From positions 1-54,083 of the forward strand of contig SHYR01000005.1 of NCBI GenBank assembly GCA_009692705.1: 54,083 nt of DNA. The letters are read 5' to 3'. A program made the translations under genes and the position numbers. Each line of letters begins with the position of its first letter. Position 1 is the first letter of the stretch. The DNA is from Dehalococcoidia bacterium (lineage in GTDB: Bacteria; Chloroflexota; Dehalococcoidia; UBA2979). The notes beneath the pieces were generated by a model. The model worked only from the letters and a program-made list of their open reading frames with translations. It did not search any database and was not told the origin of the DNA. Positions 10,703-23,271 of this stretch are shown here, piece by piece.

Positions 10703-12813
10703 GCGTCTCCTCCGCTCGATTCGCCGCCCGCGTTGGCGGGTCGGCGTTCACTCTCCGCTTGCTGTCCGCCGCCGGCCTGAGCGCCGGCGCCCTGTTGCTG
10801 TGGTTGTGGTTGCCGTGGCGGCTGCTGCGGCTTCTGCGCGTACTCGCGCGTCAGGGTGCGCTGGCGCAGCGCAAGGTCCGCGAACTCCGCCGCCACCTGC
10901 GCTGCCTCTTCGCCTCCGCTCGCCGCCTCCGCGGGCAGGGCGCCCTCCGTCACGGCGCGGGCCGCGAATTCCAGCACCCTCCCGCCGCTGAGCCGCGCCG
11001 CCGTCACCGCCTCCGCCTGCCCGGCGTGCGCGGGGCGGAAGCGCCGCTGCGCCCGCCGCCGCCGCAGCTCGACGGCGATCTGCGCCACGGCCCCCTCAAC
11101 ATAACGACTCTCAAGGTAGCGCAGATCCATCCATTCCGGCAGCGACGCACGCAGCGCCGCCAGGCGCTCGCGCAACTCGTCCGCCGCTTCGTCGACCAGG
11201 TCCTCGGCGCGCTCCTCGAGCGCGCCCGGCTCACGCCAGGCCGCGAACAGGCGGCGGTTGGTGGCGTCCTCGAACACGTCCTCCTCGAGCGCGAGCCCGG
11301 CCGCGCGCGCCTCAGTGCGGTGCAGCAGCAGCAGCAGCAGTTGCGTCTCGCCATCCGGCACGGCAGCGGAGCGCCGCGCCTCGCGTCGCACCTCGGCGGG
11401 GGAGGGCACCGCGGCCGGCGCCTCGCGCCGCCCGCCGCGGCGGCCGTGGCGCGCGAGCAGCGCCAGCACCACACGCTCATCGACCTGTCCCAGCCGCGCC
11501 AGCCGCTGCACGTAGTGCGCGCGCACCACCGCGTCCGCGATCACCGCCACCGTCGGCGCCAGCGCCTCCAGCGCTCGCGAGCGCGAGCGCGGGTCGGCGG
11601 AGTCGGCCGCGGCGGAGACCGCCGCAAAGAGGTGGTCGGTGACGGAGAGCGCGCCATCGACCAGCGCGCGGAAGCGGCCGGGGTCGGCGCGTACCAGGGT
11701 GTCGGGGTCCTCGCCCGCGGGCAGCGTCACCACGCGGATGTCGGCCTGCAGCACGTCCTGATAGGCGACGAGGCCGCGCCAGTCGAGCGTCGCCACCGTC
11801 TCGCGGTCGGCGGCGCCTGCCGCCACCTCGATGCCGCGCAGCGTCGCCTCCGAGCCGGCGGTGTCGGCGTCCAGCGCCAGCACGACGTTGGCGGTGTAGC
11901 GCTTTACCAGCGCCATCTGCTTCTCGGTGATCGCGGTGCCCATCGAGGCCACAACGTTCGCCACCCCAAACTGGTGCGCGGCGATCACGTCCATGTAGCC
12001 TTCGACCACCACCAGGCGGTCGGCGCGTCGCGCCGGTTCGCCCGCGTGGTCGAGCCCGTAGAGCGTGCCGCTCTTGTCGAACAGCACCGTTTGCGGGGTG
12101 TTAAGGTACTTCGGATCGTCCTCGGGCCGCAGCGCGCGCGCCCCGAAGCCCACGAGGCGGCCGCGCGCGTCGCGGATCGGGAACGTCACGCGGTCGCGGA
12201 AGCGGTCGTAGGCGTTGCGCGCACGGCCCGCGCCGCCCGCGCCGCCGTCGTGCCCCTCCGGCATCACGGCCAGGCCAGCCGCCAGCAGGTCCGCCTCCGT
12301 GAAGCCGCGCGCCAGCAGGTAGTCCGCCAGCTCGCGCCAGCCCGCGGGGGCGTAGCCGAGCTGCCAGTGCCGGCGCGTCGCCTGGTCGACCCCGCGCTGA
12401 TCGAGGTAGCGCAGGGCGTCGGCGCCGGCCGGGCCGTCAAGCGCGGCCTGGAAGAACACCACCGCCGCCTCGTTGGCACGCAGCAGCCGGTCGTGCACCT
12501 CGCGCTGCTCGGCCTCGCGCCTGGTCGGCGGGCGCAGCTCCACGCCGGCGCGCTGCGCGCACAGCCGCAGCGCCTCCGGAAACTCCAGATGCTCGACGCG
12601 GCGCACGAACTCGATCACGTCGCCGCCGGTGGAGCAGGCGCCGAAGCAGTGCCAGGTGCCGCGTTCCGGGTCGACGGTGAACGAAGGTGTGCGCTCACTG
12701 TGAAACGGGCACAGCGCCTTGTAGGTGCGCCCGCTGCGCTTCAGGCTCGGCACGTACCCGCCCACCGTCTCGACGATGTCGAGCCGCGCCTTCACGTCGT
12801 CAATGGTGCTCAT
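10699..12813 (-). CDS. dnaG: DNA primase
   Basis: [11 protein letters not shown]...CFGAC zinc finger, [26 protein letters not shown] motifs; start ATG 12813. Confidence 0.96.
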
Positions 12814-12865
12814 GCTCTGTATAGGTAGACACCGGAGGGCGCCAAAGGTTGCGGCCGCCTGACGG

Positions 12866-13333
12866 TCAGTTCCCGGCGCTGGGGTCCCGGCGCTCGCGCA
12901 GACGGCTCGCCGCCGCGCGCTCGCGCTCCGCGACCGCCTCCAGCAGGCCGCGCACCGTCTCGGCCGCCACCGCCCCAGCCGGGAGGGCCAGCTTCGAGCC
13001 ATCGAGCCGGACGAGCTCGCCCAGCAGCAGCCGGGTCTCAAAGCGCGCCCCGGCAAGGTCGTGCACGATCTGCGGCGGCAGCACGCGCTGGCGCGCACGC
13101 ACGGCGGGGGTGGGGCGCGCCGCCAGCCCGGCCGCCGCCCGCGCCCGCCGCACCGCCTCCCGCTCGGCGGGGGCGAGCGCGGCCAGCACGCCGCTCACCG
13201 TCTGCCCGTCGAGATCCGCCTCGAAGTCCGGCTCCGCCAGCTCCTGCAGCGCCTCGAGCAGGGCGTGCCGCGACCCCTCCAGCGCCGCCCGCAGCGCCGC
13301 CACCGGCCCGTCGCCTGCGCCCGCGGCGCTCAT
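12866..13333 (-). CDS. Hypothetical protein, possibly a degenerate DinB-like helical fold
   Basis: ATGA overlap with the upstream gene; SRHALLEALQEL...TVSGVLA pattern resembles DinB_2 but lacks the usual His residues. Confidence 0.6.
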   Translation of the reverse strand: MSAAGAGDGPVAALRAALEGSRHALLEALQELAEPDFEADLDGQTVSGVLAALAPAEREAVRRARAAAGLAARPTPAVRARQRVLPPQIVHDLAGARFETRLLLGELVRLDGSKLALPAGAVAAETVRGLLEAVAERERAAASRLRERRDPSAGN

Positions 13334-14358
13334 CGGGGCCAGACGTTGTTCGCCGCGACGGCGTCGTTGATGGCATCGGAGGCGAGGATCACCTGGATGC
13401 GCGTGAGGTCCACCGCCTGCACGTCGGGGACGTCGTAGCGCTGCGTCCCCAGGGGCGCCAGGTTGAGCGCCACCAGCCTGCTGCTGAGCAGCAGGCTGGG
13501 CTGCGTAGAGCGCACGGCCAGCGTCATGGTGCCGACGAGCGGGATCATGCTGTTGTTGCGCACGGTAACGGCCAGCCGGCGATCCGCGCCCGCCAGCTCA
13601 GCGCTCAGCAGCTCGAGGTCATTGGGGCGGTCCGGCTCCACCACCGCCGTGAAGCGGTTGTTGGTCGTGTCCTCCTCGCGCACGTCGGCCTCCAGCGAGA
13701 TCTCCACGGCCACTGAGGCGCGGCGCTGCACGTACTCGTTCGACAGTGTGGCCTGCAGCCGGTCGCCGGGCCGCAAGGGTTTGCCGCCGACGTCGACGCG
13801 CACGCGGTCGCCGCCGGCGACGGAAACGAAGATCGCACCAGTGGCATCGGCGTCGCCGGCGTTCACGATCACGACCACCAGCCGGTTCTCGCGCGAGAGC
13901 AGCGCCTCCACCTGCAGATCCGGGTGGTCCGGCGTGCGGGTGGGGGCGCCCGCATCGGCGGGCGTGGCGGTGGCGCCCGGACGCGTGCTCCCCGCGAACA
14001 GCGTCAGCGCGCCGGTGTCACCGGCGTTGGCGACCGCATCCGCGGGCGCCCAGCCGATCACGTCGAAGCGGCCGGCCGGTTCCAGCACCAGCCAGCGCCC
14101 GTCGGCGGAGCGGCCGCGCAATACGACCGCCGACCCCGCGGGCAGCTCCGCCACCGCGCGCGAGCCGTCGTCGGCGGCGGCGCGCAGCGTGACGGCGCGC
14201 AGGAGCGTGGGCACGGGCGTGGCGTCAGCGGGGGCCTCGCTCATGCCGTGGTCGAAAAGGAACACGGCAGCCACCACCGCCGTGGCACCCAGCACCACCA
14301 GCACGGCGGCGGCCCCCGAGCGCAGCGCAGTGCGCGCGCACGAACGCGGACGGCTCAT
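13330..14358 (-). CDS. Membrane-anchored exported protein with SH3-like and CARDB/Ig-like domains
   Basis: N-terminal TM helix; GRSADGRWL...GWAP SH3b-like segment; PDLQV...NAGDADA...EEDTTNN CARDB-like repeats. Confidence 0.7.
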   Translation of the reverse strand: MSRPRSCARTALRSGAAAVLVVLGATAVVAAVFLFDHGMSEAPADATPVPTLLRAVTLRAAADDGSRAVAELPAGSAVVLRGRSADGRWLVLEPAGRFDVIGWAPADAVANAGDTGALTLFAGSTRPGATATPADAGAPTRTPDHPDLQVEALLSRENRLVVVIVNAGDADATGAIFVSVAGGDRVRVDVGGKPLRPGDRLQATLSNEYVQRRASVAVEISLEADVREEDTTNNRFTAVVEPDRPNDLELLSAELAGADRRLAVTVRNNSMIPLVGTMTLAVRSTQPSLLLSSRLVALNLAPLGTQRYDVPDVQAVDLTRIQVILASDAINDAVAANNVWPR

Positions 14359-14359
14359 C

Positions 14360-14515
14360 TCAGTGGCCCGCGACCCGCGACGCGGTCAGCGAGCTGCCCG
14401 GCCGGCCGCGCCGAGCGGGCTCGTGCGGGCGGTCCGGACGGCCGCGCACGTTCGTCGTGAAGCGCGGGAGGTCGGCGCCCCCGACAGCGATACCGGCCAG
14501 CAGGAAATGTCTCAC
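14360..14515 (-). CDS. Possible 51-aa small ORF (MRHFLLAGIAVG...)
   Basis: GTG 14515 to TGA 14360, ending 1 nt before the next ATG; TACAAT -10 at 14564-14569; no homolog recognised. Confidence 0.3.
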   Translation of the reverse strand: MRHFLLAGIAVGGADLPRFTTNVRGRPDRPHEPARRGRPGSSLTASRVAGH

Positions 14516-14623
14516 GTAGTGGCTCGTCGCACCCCCGGGCCCGGCGCCCCGCCGCAGTGGCTCATTGTACGTGCGCGGTACGAGCGCGTGCGCCCTGCAC
14601 CGCGAGCGCGCTCGCCACGCGAT

Positions 14624-15687
14624 CTAGTCCCGCGCCTCCAGCCCGAACTCCGCTACGCGGCGGCGCGCGAACAGGTCCGTCATGCCGGAGGTGTAGTCGG
14701 CGGCGCGACGCCACGGGGGATCGTCCGGCAGCGACCAGCCGGCGGTCTCCTGCGGGTGCGCCTCGCAATACCGCCAGAGCGCGCGCACGATGCGCTGGCC
14801 GCGCCGCGCCTCCGCGAGCGTGGCCGCCGCGAGGTAGACACGCTGAAACATGAACTCGCGCAAGGCGTCGACGGCCGCCAGCACCGTGTCGCCGAAGCGG
14901 ATCGCGTGCGCGCCCGGCTCGCCGCGCGCCGCCGCCGCCGCCGCCGAATGACGCACGCAGTCGGTGACCAGGGTGTCGATGCGCCGCGAGTGGTCCGCGC
15001 CCAGCACGCAACACGGTTCCACGGGCAGATCGTGCTCGCTGATCAAGCCGGCGCGGATCGCGTCCTGCACATCGTGGTTGAGGTAGGCGATGGAATCCGC
15101 AATCTTCACAATCTGGCCCTCGAGCGTGGAGGCGACGCCCCAGCCGTCGGCGGCCACCGAGGCGCGCACCTTGGAGTGCTTCAGGATGCCGGCGCGCGTC
15201 TCCGCCGTCAGGTTGAGGCCGCGCCCGTCGCGCTCCAGCAGCTCGACGATGCGCAGCGACTGCTCGTTATGGCGGAAGCCCTCCGGCAGCAGCTCGGCGA
15301 GCGCCTCCTCGCCGGCATGGCCGAACGGCATGTGGCCGAGGTCGTGCCCGAGCGCGATCTCCTCCGCGAGATCCTCGTTCAAGTCGAGCGCGCGCGCGAG
15401 CGCGCGCTCGATCGTGCGCGCGACCTGCTGCACCTCGATGGTGTGGGTCATGCGCGTGACCATGTGATCGGAGTCCGGCGCGATAAAGACCTGGGTCTTG
15501 TGCTTGAGGCGGCGGAAGGCGCTGGTGTGGATGATGCGGTCGCAGTCCAGCTGGTAAGCGAGCCGCAGCGGCGAGAGGGGCTCGGGGCGAGCGCGCCCGG
15601 CCGAGGTGCCTCGCGGGCGGCGCCCGGCGCCAGCGCGGCCTCGCGGCTGAGCAGGCGCGACCGCACCGAGGGGATCGCGTCCATCAC
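14624..15687 (-). pseudogene. dgt: Deoxyguanosinetriphosphate triphosphohydrolase (dGTPase-like), frameshifted
   Basis: AFRRLKHKTQVF, GHDLGHMPFGHAGE, HNEQS, DYTSGMTD motifs; the typical N-terminus (REAALAPGAAR) is in another frame from the body (shift near 15608-15612); 12-bp duplication at 15385-15408. Confidence 0.75.
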
Positions 15688-15766
15688 CACCCGAGTCTAG
15701 CGCACGCGTGATGTGCTGACCCACCTATGCACCTGCCGCATTCGACACTGCAGCTTGGCGCCGCCG

Positions 15767-15772
15767 TATAAT
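15767..15772 (+). promoter_or_regulatory. Consensus -10 box TATAAT upstream of ppdK
   Basis: Perfect TATAAT in GC-rich intergenic DNA ~117 nt before the ppdK start. Confidence 0.65.
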
Positions 15773-15888
15773 CGGAGCCGCCGGGGAGCGCGCGACAGCG
15801 AACGGGCTGGGCGAAGCCGCTCCCCAGCCGCTGCATCCCGCGACGGCGCGTGACGCGCCCTCGCCACGGCGAGCGCAGAGAGGCCATT

Positions 15889-18765
<2,877 letters not shown>

Positions 18766-18773
18766 ACGGGCGC

Positions 18774-20618
18774 CTACTCGACGGTGACGGTCTTCGCCAG
18801 GTTGCGCGGCTGGTCGACATCGCAGCCGCGCTGCACGGCGATGTGGTACGCCAGCAGCTGCATCACCACCACCGTCACCAGCGGCGTGAGCAGGGGGTCC
18901 ACGCGCGGCAGCGCGATCACCTCGTCGGCCACGCCGTCGAGGCTGTGATCGCCCTCCGTCACCAGCGCGATCACGGGGCCGCGGCGCGCCTTCAGCTCCT
19001 CGATGGTGGAGCGCATCTTGTCCCGCAGGCCGTCGTCGAGCGCGATCGCCACGGTCGGCATGCGCTCGTCGATCAGCGCGATCGGGCCGTGCTTCATCTC
19101 GGCGGCTGGATAGCCCTCGGCGTGGATGTAGGCGACCTCCTTGAGCTTGAGCGCGCCCTCTAACGCCATCGGGTACGACACCCCGCGGCCGAGGTAGAGG
19201 AAGTCGGCGTAGTGCGCGAAGCGGGTCGCCACCTGCTCGATGCGTGGCTCGAGTAGCAGCGTCTCGCCGATCGCGCTCGGCAGGTGCAGCGCGGCCTCCA
19301 CCTGCGCCGCGCCACGCGCGGGGTCGAGCGTGCCGCGCACGCGGCCGAGGTAGAGCGCGAGCGCGTGCAGCACGACCATGGAGCCGGCCAGGGTCTTGGT
19401 GCTGGCGACGGCGATCTCGGGCCCCACACGGATGAAGAGCGCAGCGTCCGCCACGCGCGTGGCCTGCGATCCGGGCGTGTTGCAGATCGTGACCTGCGGG
19501 CAGCCCGCGCGGCGCGCCTCGTCCATCGCCGACAGCGTGTCCACGGTCTCGCCGGACTGCGCCACTGAGATCACGAGCGTCTGTGCGTCGAGCACCGGCG
19601 CGCGGTAGCGGAACTCCGCGGCGTTGTCGGCCTCCGCCGGTATGCGCGCGAGCCGTTCGATGTAGTGGCGGCCGACCATCGCGGCGTGCAGCGAGGTGCC
19701 CATGCCGACGAGCACCACGCGTCGCAGCGCGCGGATGCGCTCTGGGGCCAGCGGGAAGCGCTCCAGTTCCACGCGCGGAGGGTCCGGCACGTAGCGGCCG
19801 CGCAGCGCATCCAGCACGGCGTCCGGCTGCTCGTGGATCTCCTTCAGCATGAAGTGCTTGTAGCGGCCCTTCACCGCCGCCACCGGGTCGTAGGGCTGGA
19901 GCTCGGGCGTCTTGTCCACCGGCCGCCCGGCGGCGTCGACGTAGCGCACGCTCTCCGCGCGCACGTCGGCGATCTCGCCGGGGTCGAGGAACGCCACGCG
20001 GCTGGTGTGCGGCAGCAGCGCCGCGAGGTCCGAGCTGACGAAGTGCTCACCCTCGCCGTAGCCGATCACGAGGCCGCCGGCATTGCCGACGCGCGCCGCC
20101 ACCAGCCGGTCCGGCTCGTCGCGGCAGATCGCGAGGATGGCGTGCGCCCCCGCGAGCTCATGGGTCACCAGCCGCATCGCCTCGGCGAGATCGACACCGG
20201 CGGCGAGCTGCTCGGCGAGTAGGTGCGCGATCACCTCCGTGTCGGTGTCCGAAGCGAACCGCTCGCCGCGCTCGTAGAAGCGCTCGCGCAGGGCCTCGAA
20301 GTTCTCCACGATGCCGTTGTGCACCACGGCCACACGGCCGCTCGGGTCGAGCATCGGGTGCGCGTTCGCCTCGCTGGGCACGCCGTGCGTCGCCCAGCGC
20401 GTGTGGCCGATGCCGGAGACCGCTGGAGGCATGGTGCCTTCGATGCGCGCGTCGAGGTTATCGAGCTTGCCGGCGACCTTCACGACGTAGAGTTCGTGAC
20501 CGCGATCGAGCAGCGCGATGCCAGCGGAGTCGTATCCGCGGTACTCCAGCCGCTTCAGGCCCTCGATCACGATCGGACCGGCGGGCCGCCGACCCGTGTA
20601 GCCGATGATTCCGCACAC
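18774..20618 (-). CDS. glmS: Glutamine--fructose-6-phosphate aminotransferase
   Basis: MCGIIG N-terminus, LEYRGYDSAG, GHTRWATHG, two SIS domains, PRNLAKTVTVE C-terminus. Confidence 0.97.
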   Translation of the reverse strand: MCGIIGYTGRRPAGPIVIEGLKRLEYRGYDSAGIALLDRGHELYVVKVAGKLDNLDARIEGTMPPAVSGIGHTRWATHGVPSEANAHPMLDPSGRVAVVHNGIVENFEALRERFYERGERFASDTDTEVIAHLLAEQLAAGVDLAEAMRLVTHELAGAHAILAICRDEPDRLVAARVGNAGGLVIGYGEGEHFVSSDLAALLPHTSRVAFLDPGEIADVRAESVRYVDAAGRPVDKTPELQPYDPVAAVKGRYKHFMLKEIHEQPDAVLDALRGRYVPDPPRVELERFPLAPERIRALRRVVLVGMGTSLHAAMVGRHYIERLARIPAEADNAAEFRYRAPVLDAQTLVISVAQSGETVDTLSAMDEARRAGCPQVTICNTPGSQATRVADAALFIRVGPEIAVASTKTLAGSMVVLHALALYLGRVRGTLDPARGAAQVEAALHLPSAIGETLLLEPRIEQVATRFAHYADFLYLGRGVSYPMALEGALKLKEVAYIHAEGYPAAEMKHGPIALIDERMPTVAIALDDGLRDKMRSTIEELKARRGPVIALVTEGDHSLDGVADEVIALPRVDPLLTPLVTVVVMQLLAYHIAVQRGCDVDQPRNLAKTVTVE

Positions 20619-20675
20619 GGCGACGGCCCCACTGTCTCCACTGTCCGCCGCTGCCCATGGTACACGCCGGCCGAG

Positions 20676-21416
20676 CTAGGAGGCTGGGGGCGCGCCCTCA
20701 TCGATGTCGGCCGGCGCTCGCGGCGTGCCGGCCTGGCGCGCAAACACCACCCGGCCCTCGCTGCCCGCGCCGTAGGCGCCGCGGTAGCGCTCCGGCAGCA
20801 GGGCGGCCACGCGCCGCAACATCAGGTCCGTGGCCGCCTCGGCCTCGTGCGCCCCGGACGCGACCTGCGGCAGCGTGAACGGCTCGCCGAATTCCACGCG
20901 GATGCGCGGGCGGTCGCGACTGAGCCAGCGCAGGACGATGCCGGGGACGTGGATCTGCTCCGTGCCGGTGATGGCGACCGGCACGACCGGCACCCCCGTC
21001 AGCAGCGCCACCATCGCCGCGCCGGGCAGGGCGGGGCGCATCGCGCCGGCGGAGCGCGTGCCCTCGGGGAACATCAGCACCACGTCGCCGCTCCTGAGGT
21101 GGTTGCGCGCCGCGCGCAGCGCGCCGATGTCCGCGGAGTAGCGGCGCACCGGGAAGGCGCCGTAGACCCGGAACATCCAGCCGAGCAGCGGCAGCTCAAA
21201 CAGCTCGCGCTTCGCCATCGGGTGCACGCGCCGGCGGCAGGAGGCGGCCACGAGCGGCGGGTCGAGCAGATTCAGATGGTTGCTGACCAGCACCACGCCG
21301 CCACGGGCGGGGACACGCTCGTGGTGAACGGCCTCCCAGCGCCCGTAGCTCGCGAGGATCGCGCGGGAGGCCGCCGTCGCCGCGCCGTACAGCAGCCTCG
21401 CGAGAGGGCGCTTCAC
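20676..21416 (-). CDS. plsC: 1-acyl-sn-glycerol-3-phosphate acyltransferase
   Basis: NHLNLLD (HX4D) and FPEGTRS motifs; GTGA overlap with the cmk stop. Confidence 0.88.
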   Translation of the reverse strand: MKRPLARLLYGAATAASRAILASYGRWEAVHHERVPARGGVVLVSNHLNLLDPPLVAASCRRRVHPMAKRELFELPLLGWMFRVYGAFPVRRYSADIGALRAARNHLRSGDVVLMFPEGTRSAGAMRPALPGAAMVALLTGVPVVPVAITGTEQIHVPGIVLRWLSRDRPRIRVEFGEPFTLPQVASGAHEAEAATDLMLRRVAALLPERYRGAYGAGSEGRVVFARQAGTPRAPADIDEGAPPAS

Positions 21417-22156
21417 GCGGCCGCGTTCGCCGCGCGGTAGGCCTCGCGGCAAGCCTCCACCACCTCGTCGATGCCGAGCATGTCGGTGTCGATGATCAAC
21501 GCGTCCGGTGCCGCCTGCTCGCGCCGGACGGCGCGCTGGCCGGTGGCGTCAGCCTGGTCGCGGCGGCGCGTCTCCTCCATCACGCGCTCGAACGTCGTCG
21601 AGCGGCCGGCGTCGCGCTGCTCGCCGAGGCGCCGGCGCGCGCGCACCTCCAGCGAAGCGTCGAGGAAGACCTTCGCCCGCGCCTCCGTCAGCACGCGCGT
21701 GCCGATGTCGCGGCCCACCATCACCACCGGCGTGCGCGACGCGAGCGCGCGCTGCCGCCGCACCAGCTCAGTGCGCACCGCGGGGATGCCGGAGACCAGC
21801 GAGACGGCGCGCTCCACCTCCGGCGAGCGTAACAGCGCAGTGACGTCGCGGCCGTCGAGCAGGGCGCGCGGCTCCGCCGAGTCCTGCCACTGCAGGTCGA
21901 GATCGAGCCGGCGCACGAGCGCGATCACGGCCGCGACGTCTGCCGGGTCGACGCCCGCCTCCAGCACGGCGAGCGTGCACGCGCGATACATCATGCCGGT
22001 GTCGAAGAACCACAGCCCGAGGCGCTCGGCCAGCGTGCGGCCGACGACGCTCTTGCCGGAGGCCGTAGGGCCATCGATGGCGATCGAGCTGGCGAGCGAG
22101 TCTTGAGGGTCGGAGGGAATCGGCGCGCCTCCCAGCCGTTGAGTGCGGCGGATCAT
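21413..22156 (-). CDS. cmk: Cytidylate kinase
   Basis: IAIDGPTASGKS, DTGMMYRA, VGRDIGT, ASLEVRARRR. Confidence 0.93.
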   Translation of the reverse strand: MIRRTQRLGGAPIPSDPQDSLASSIAIDGPTASGKSVVGRTLAERLGLWFFDTGMMYRACTLAVLEAGVDPADVAAVIALVRRLDLDLQWQDSAEPRALLDGRDVTALLRSPEVERAVSLVSGIPAVRTELVRRQRALASRTPVVMVGRDIGTRVLTEARAKVFLDASLEVRARRRLGEQRDAGRSTTFERVMEETRRRDQADATGQRAVRREQAAPDALIIDTDMLGIDEVVEACREAYRAANAAA

Positions 22157-22935
22157 AGCGACGCCTCTGCCGGAGCGTCCACCGGCGTCCCAACCTCCCC
22201 CGGCGCCTCCAGCCGGACGAGGCGGCGCAGGGCGTCGACCTCCGCGGCGGTGAGCGACCGCGCTTCGCCGGGGCGCAGCACGCCGAGGCGCAGGCCGCCG
22301 AACTCGACGCGGGTGAGCCGTCGCACCGGGTGCCCGACGGCCGCGAGCATGCGCCGGATCTGGCGCTTGCGACCTTCGTGGATGGTGACTAGCAGCAGCG
22401 CGCCGCCGGGAACCGTCTCCAGCGGCTGCACCTTCGCGGGCGCGGTCGGGCCATCCTCCAGCTCCACGCCGTGCCGCAGCTGATCAAGCGCCTGCGGGGA
22501 AGGGACGCCCTCGACCTCCGCTTCGTAGCGCTTCGGCACCCGGTAGCGCGGATGGGCGAGGCGGAACGCCAGATCGCCGTCGGTGGTCAGCAGCAGCAGG
22601 CCGGCGCTGTCGCGGTCCAGTCTCCCAACATAACGCAGCCCTTGCGGTGCTACGGTTATGCTAAGCAGGTCATAAATCGTCCTGCGCCCGCGCTCGTCGC
22701 TGGCGGTGACGAGATACCCCTCCGGCTTGTGCAGCATCCAAGTCGCGTTCGCCTCCGGCAGCACCAGCGGCCGCCCATCGATGGCGACACGCTCGCGCTC
22801 GGGATCCGCGCGCTCGCCGAGCGCCGCCACGCGCCCGTCAACCGTGACGCGGCCCGCAACGATCAACTGCTCCGCGCTGCGGCGGGAGCCGTGGCCCGCG
22901 CGCGCAAGCAGCTTCTGGAGACGCTCGGCGGGCAC
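22153..22935 (-). CDS. rluB: rRNA pseudouridine synthase, RluB/RsuA family
   Basis: ERLQKLLARAG..SRR S4 domain, HKPEG, VGRLDRDSAGLLLLT, EGRKRQIRRM; upstream of cmk. Confidence 0.9.
   Translation of the reverse strand: MPAERLQKLLARAGHGSRRSAEQLIVAGRVTVDGRVAALGERADPERERVAIDGRPLVLPEANATWMLHKPEGYLVTASDERGRRTIYDLLSITVAPQGLRYVGRLDRDSAGLLLLTTDGDLAFRLAHPRYRVPKRYEAEVEGVPSPQALDQLRHGVELEDGPTAPAKVQPLETVPGGALLLVTIHEGRKRQIRRMLAAVGHPVRRLTRVEFGGLRLGVLRPGEARSLTAAEVDALRRLVRLEAPGEVGTPVDAPAEASL
22624..22665 (-). other. AT-rich intragenic hairpin with GCAA tetraloop inside rluB
   Basis: Minus strand CTTAGCATAA-c-CGTAGC-a-CC-GCAA-GG-GCTGCG-TTATGTTGGG; 18 pairs including 4 G-U. Confidence 0.6.
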
Positions 22936-22938
22936 GCG

Positions 22939-23271
22939 CTAGCGACGCGGCCCGGCGAGCTCGACGATCAGCAGTTCCGTGAGCACAGTGCGCGTGACGC
23001 CCTCGAGGCCGGCGGTCGCGGCGCCCGGCATCGAAATACGCGCGCGCGGCCACGCCGCCGCCAGCGCGCGGCTGGAGAGCGCGCGCAGGGCGTACTCCGC
23101 GGCCAGGCCGATGGCCACCGCGGCGGCGGAACGCGTGAGCGCCGGCAGCGCGCGCGCGGCCAGCGCCGGCAGCCGCTGGGCGGGGAGCGCGAACGCGCGC
23201 GGCGCGGCGACGGTCAGGGCGCGCTGGGCGGGCACAGGCGTGCCGGCGGGGCGGGCGGGCTCGGTGGTCAT
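22939..23271 (-). CDS. Hypothetical Ala/Pro-rich protein with one hydrophobic helix
   Basis: Fills the gap before rluB; TACTCT -10-like box near 23309-23314. Confidence 0.6.
   Translation of the reverse strand: MTTEPARPAGTPVPAQRALTVAAPRAFALPAQRLPALAARALPALTRSAAAVAIGLAAEYALRALSSRALAAAWPRARISMPGAATAGLEGVTRTVLTELLIVELAGPRR

Noticed and set aside
11090-11125. Complete dif site in dnaG (or in rluB)
   Set aside because: Only an XerD-like arm is present; there is no XerC-like arm ending in TAA/GAA at a 6-bp spacer.
20619-20675. glmS ribozyme
   Set aside because: The intergenic region is only 57 nt and has no ribozyme core.
22629-22661. GCATAAC...GTTATGT read as an integron attC site
   Set aside because: Too short for attC, solitary, and inside a conserved coding region.
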